Of a DNA stretch of 64,000 nt, positions 62,182 to 64,000 are shown one piece after another. The position numbers were made by a program, and so were the translations under genes. Every line of letters begins with the position of its first letter. The stretch's first letter is position 1. Source of the DNA: Callorhinchus milii (taxonomy: Eukaryota); NCBI RefSeq assembly GCF_018977255.1, contig NW_024704742.1, positions 108,006,001 through 108,070,000 on the forward strand, written 5' to 3'. The notes beneath the pieces are model-generated. The model saw only the letters and a program-made list of their open reading frames with translations, searched no databases and was not told the origin of the DNA.

Positions 62182-64000
62182 TTGTAAACCCACAGAAACA
62201 GCATTTAAACGTGTGCAGTTAATGTATGTGAATTGTAAAAATTGACTTTGTAATATGATAAGTTCTGAAATTTTCTATTTCTCTGTTAGGTTAATATTCA
62301 CATGCAAGTGGTGTTTTGTAAGTTACACCAACATTTATCCTGCTAGAATAGTTAGGGAAGTAGTAAGTCAAAGATTTTCATTCAGAAGAATATAGGAATG
62401 TGAAGGACAGGAAAAGAACATCTGGGCAGTCCCAAAGTAAACATAAATTTTACTTTTTTCAAATGACAACAACACTACTCTAGTCTTCAATTCACCTCAA
62501 TCAATGCTTTTGCCAAATACCTGCTTAATAAATCTAATAGCTATTCCACAGTTTAAAAAACATGCAGTCGAGCATACAAAGAAGTGTTGCTTCACAAGGC
62601 ATTTTCTGATTTAATTTTGAAAAGGTTTGACAAACATGCACATGTATTTTGCTACTTCTCAGCTGGTTCAGTTGGATAGGATACCTTAAGATAACAGACA
62701 TGTCAGTTTGTATGTATGCTATATGAACTATTGTATATACATTGAATTCTGACTGATGTTTTTATATGGGATCTGGTGCAAGTATTTATCCCCACCTCAT
62801 AGCATAAAATGACTTTTCAAATGCCTTGTAAAATAAGTAGTTTCATCAATCTGGACATGTTCTCTTCATACATTGGAAAGTTGTCTTCTCTCCCTTAAGG
62901 AAATACTTAGAGAAAATGCACTTTTTAAGTTTTATCAAAACAATTTACAGTGGGTATTTTCAAATCTCTGGAGGGCATTTCTGAACAAATCTGGTGAGGT
63001 CTATGTCACATGGAGGTGAAAAAAATGAGTTACACCAGTTTTACTGTGTTCTAAAATTGTGCAGATGCTTAAATGAAAAATAAAATTGGCCTTGGGCACC
63101 ATGCATTGGCTAACTGCTGGAACTGAATAGTAAGACATTGTGATTCATCTTTGTGAGTTTCCAATGTCTGGTGTGCCATTAGAATAAGGTGCCAAATGGA
63201 GACCATATGCTGCTGCACAAAGAAAGGGAAGTGAGAACAGTAGGTCGTACTACTTGCAGCAAGCCCAGAAACAGTATTGACAGACATCCAGGCACAGCCT
63301 AACTGCCGACCATTCTCGCTCATGGAATGAAATCTAAGGAGGATAAGAAAATAAATGAGACAAATTAAAGAAAAAGGAATAGAAATTCAGAGATTTATAA
63401 CACTCAGAGGTTATGCTGCCCCACATGTGTCATGAAAATCACTCCAGTGATATTATTATATTACCACTCTCATTGTTCCTGTCATTTTGAGCGAGTTTGA
63501 TGATTTTCCTTTATTCTCCTCGGACTGTTGATTTGTGACAGCAGTATTGTTGGCTGCATGTCGTGTTATAGTCGCTGTCCCCACTGATGATCATATAACG
63601 GTGATACACTGTTAATAAAAAAGAGCCACTTGAAGGGATGTGCAATGATCTAACTAATGAAATGCGGTTCCCAAAGTTGCTTTTGACACTTGTTTGTTTT
63701 ATGTTTTGTGTAAAACACCAGCATTGCGTGCCCTGTGTAGGAATGATCAATTTACAGCTGAATGGCATTCACTTGAGCATCTTCTTTTGATAATTATCTA
63801 TTTTTCTTTGCGAGTTGTATTATTATGTGGCCAGTTACGCAATTGTTGATTTTTAAAACACTGAACATTTCTTTATGGAGCTTTGTGGACATCTTAATTT
63901 TTCCTCCATTTGGGCCATTCTCATCGAGTGTATCTGCAAACATTTGCATACAACTCACCATCAACTGCTTGTAAATATGACAGCAAGCACTACTGACATT

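Noticed and set aside
1..64000. CRISPR array, operon or other prokaryotic or viral system
   Set aside because: No regularly spaced repeats, no dense ORFs and no recognisable viral or bacterial proteins; the sequence is vertebrate repeat-rich DNA

Overview
Eukaryotic, repeat-rich, mostly non-coding vertebrate DNA. The repeat complement points to a cartilaginous fish, most likely a chimaera such as Callorhinchus; this is recognition from memory, not a database hit. The window contains many 5'-truncated L2-clade LINE fragments ending in (GTT)n, a young ~310-bp tRNA-derived SINE that shares the L2 3' stem-loop and ends in (ATT)n, older Deu-domain SINEs, LF-SINE-like relics and degraded CR1 ends. 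The ORFs in the track that I could assign are L2 or SINE read-through; the rest look like chance ORFs. No intact, recognisable host protein-coding gene, RNA gene, CRISPR array or prokaryotic system was found. The clearest functional element is a CpG-rich housekeeping-type promoter at ~57.9-58.15 kb, with two opposed ZNF143-type motifs around a CRE. A second motif cluster lies at ~57.03-57.13 kb, and several splice-site-bounded candidate exons lie on the minus strand. The most unusual signals are several locally templated duplications and inversions, fold-back retroposon tails, an unclassified three-copy repeat with apparent RNA stems, and a CpG-retaining web of short repeats at 42.7-43.0 kb. 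Boundaries of degraded repeats are approximate.
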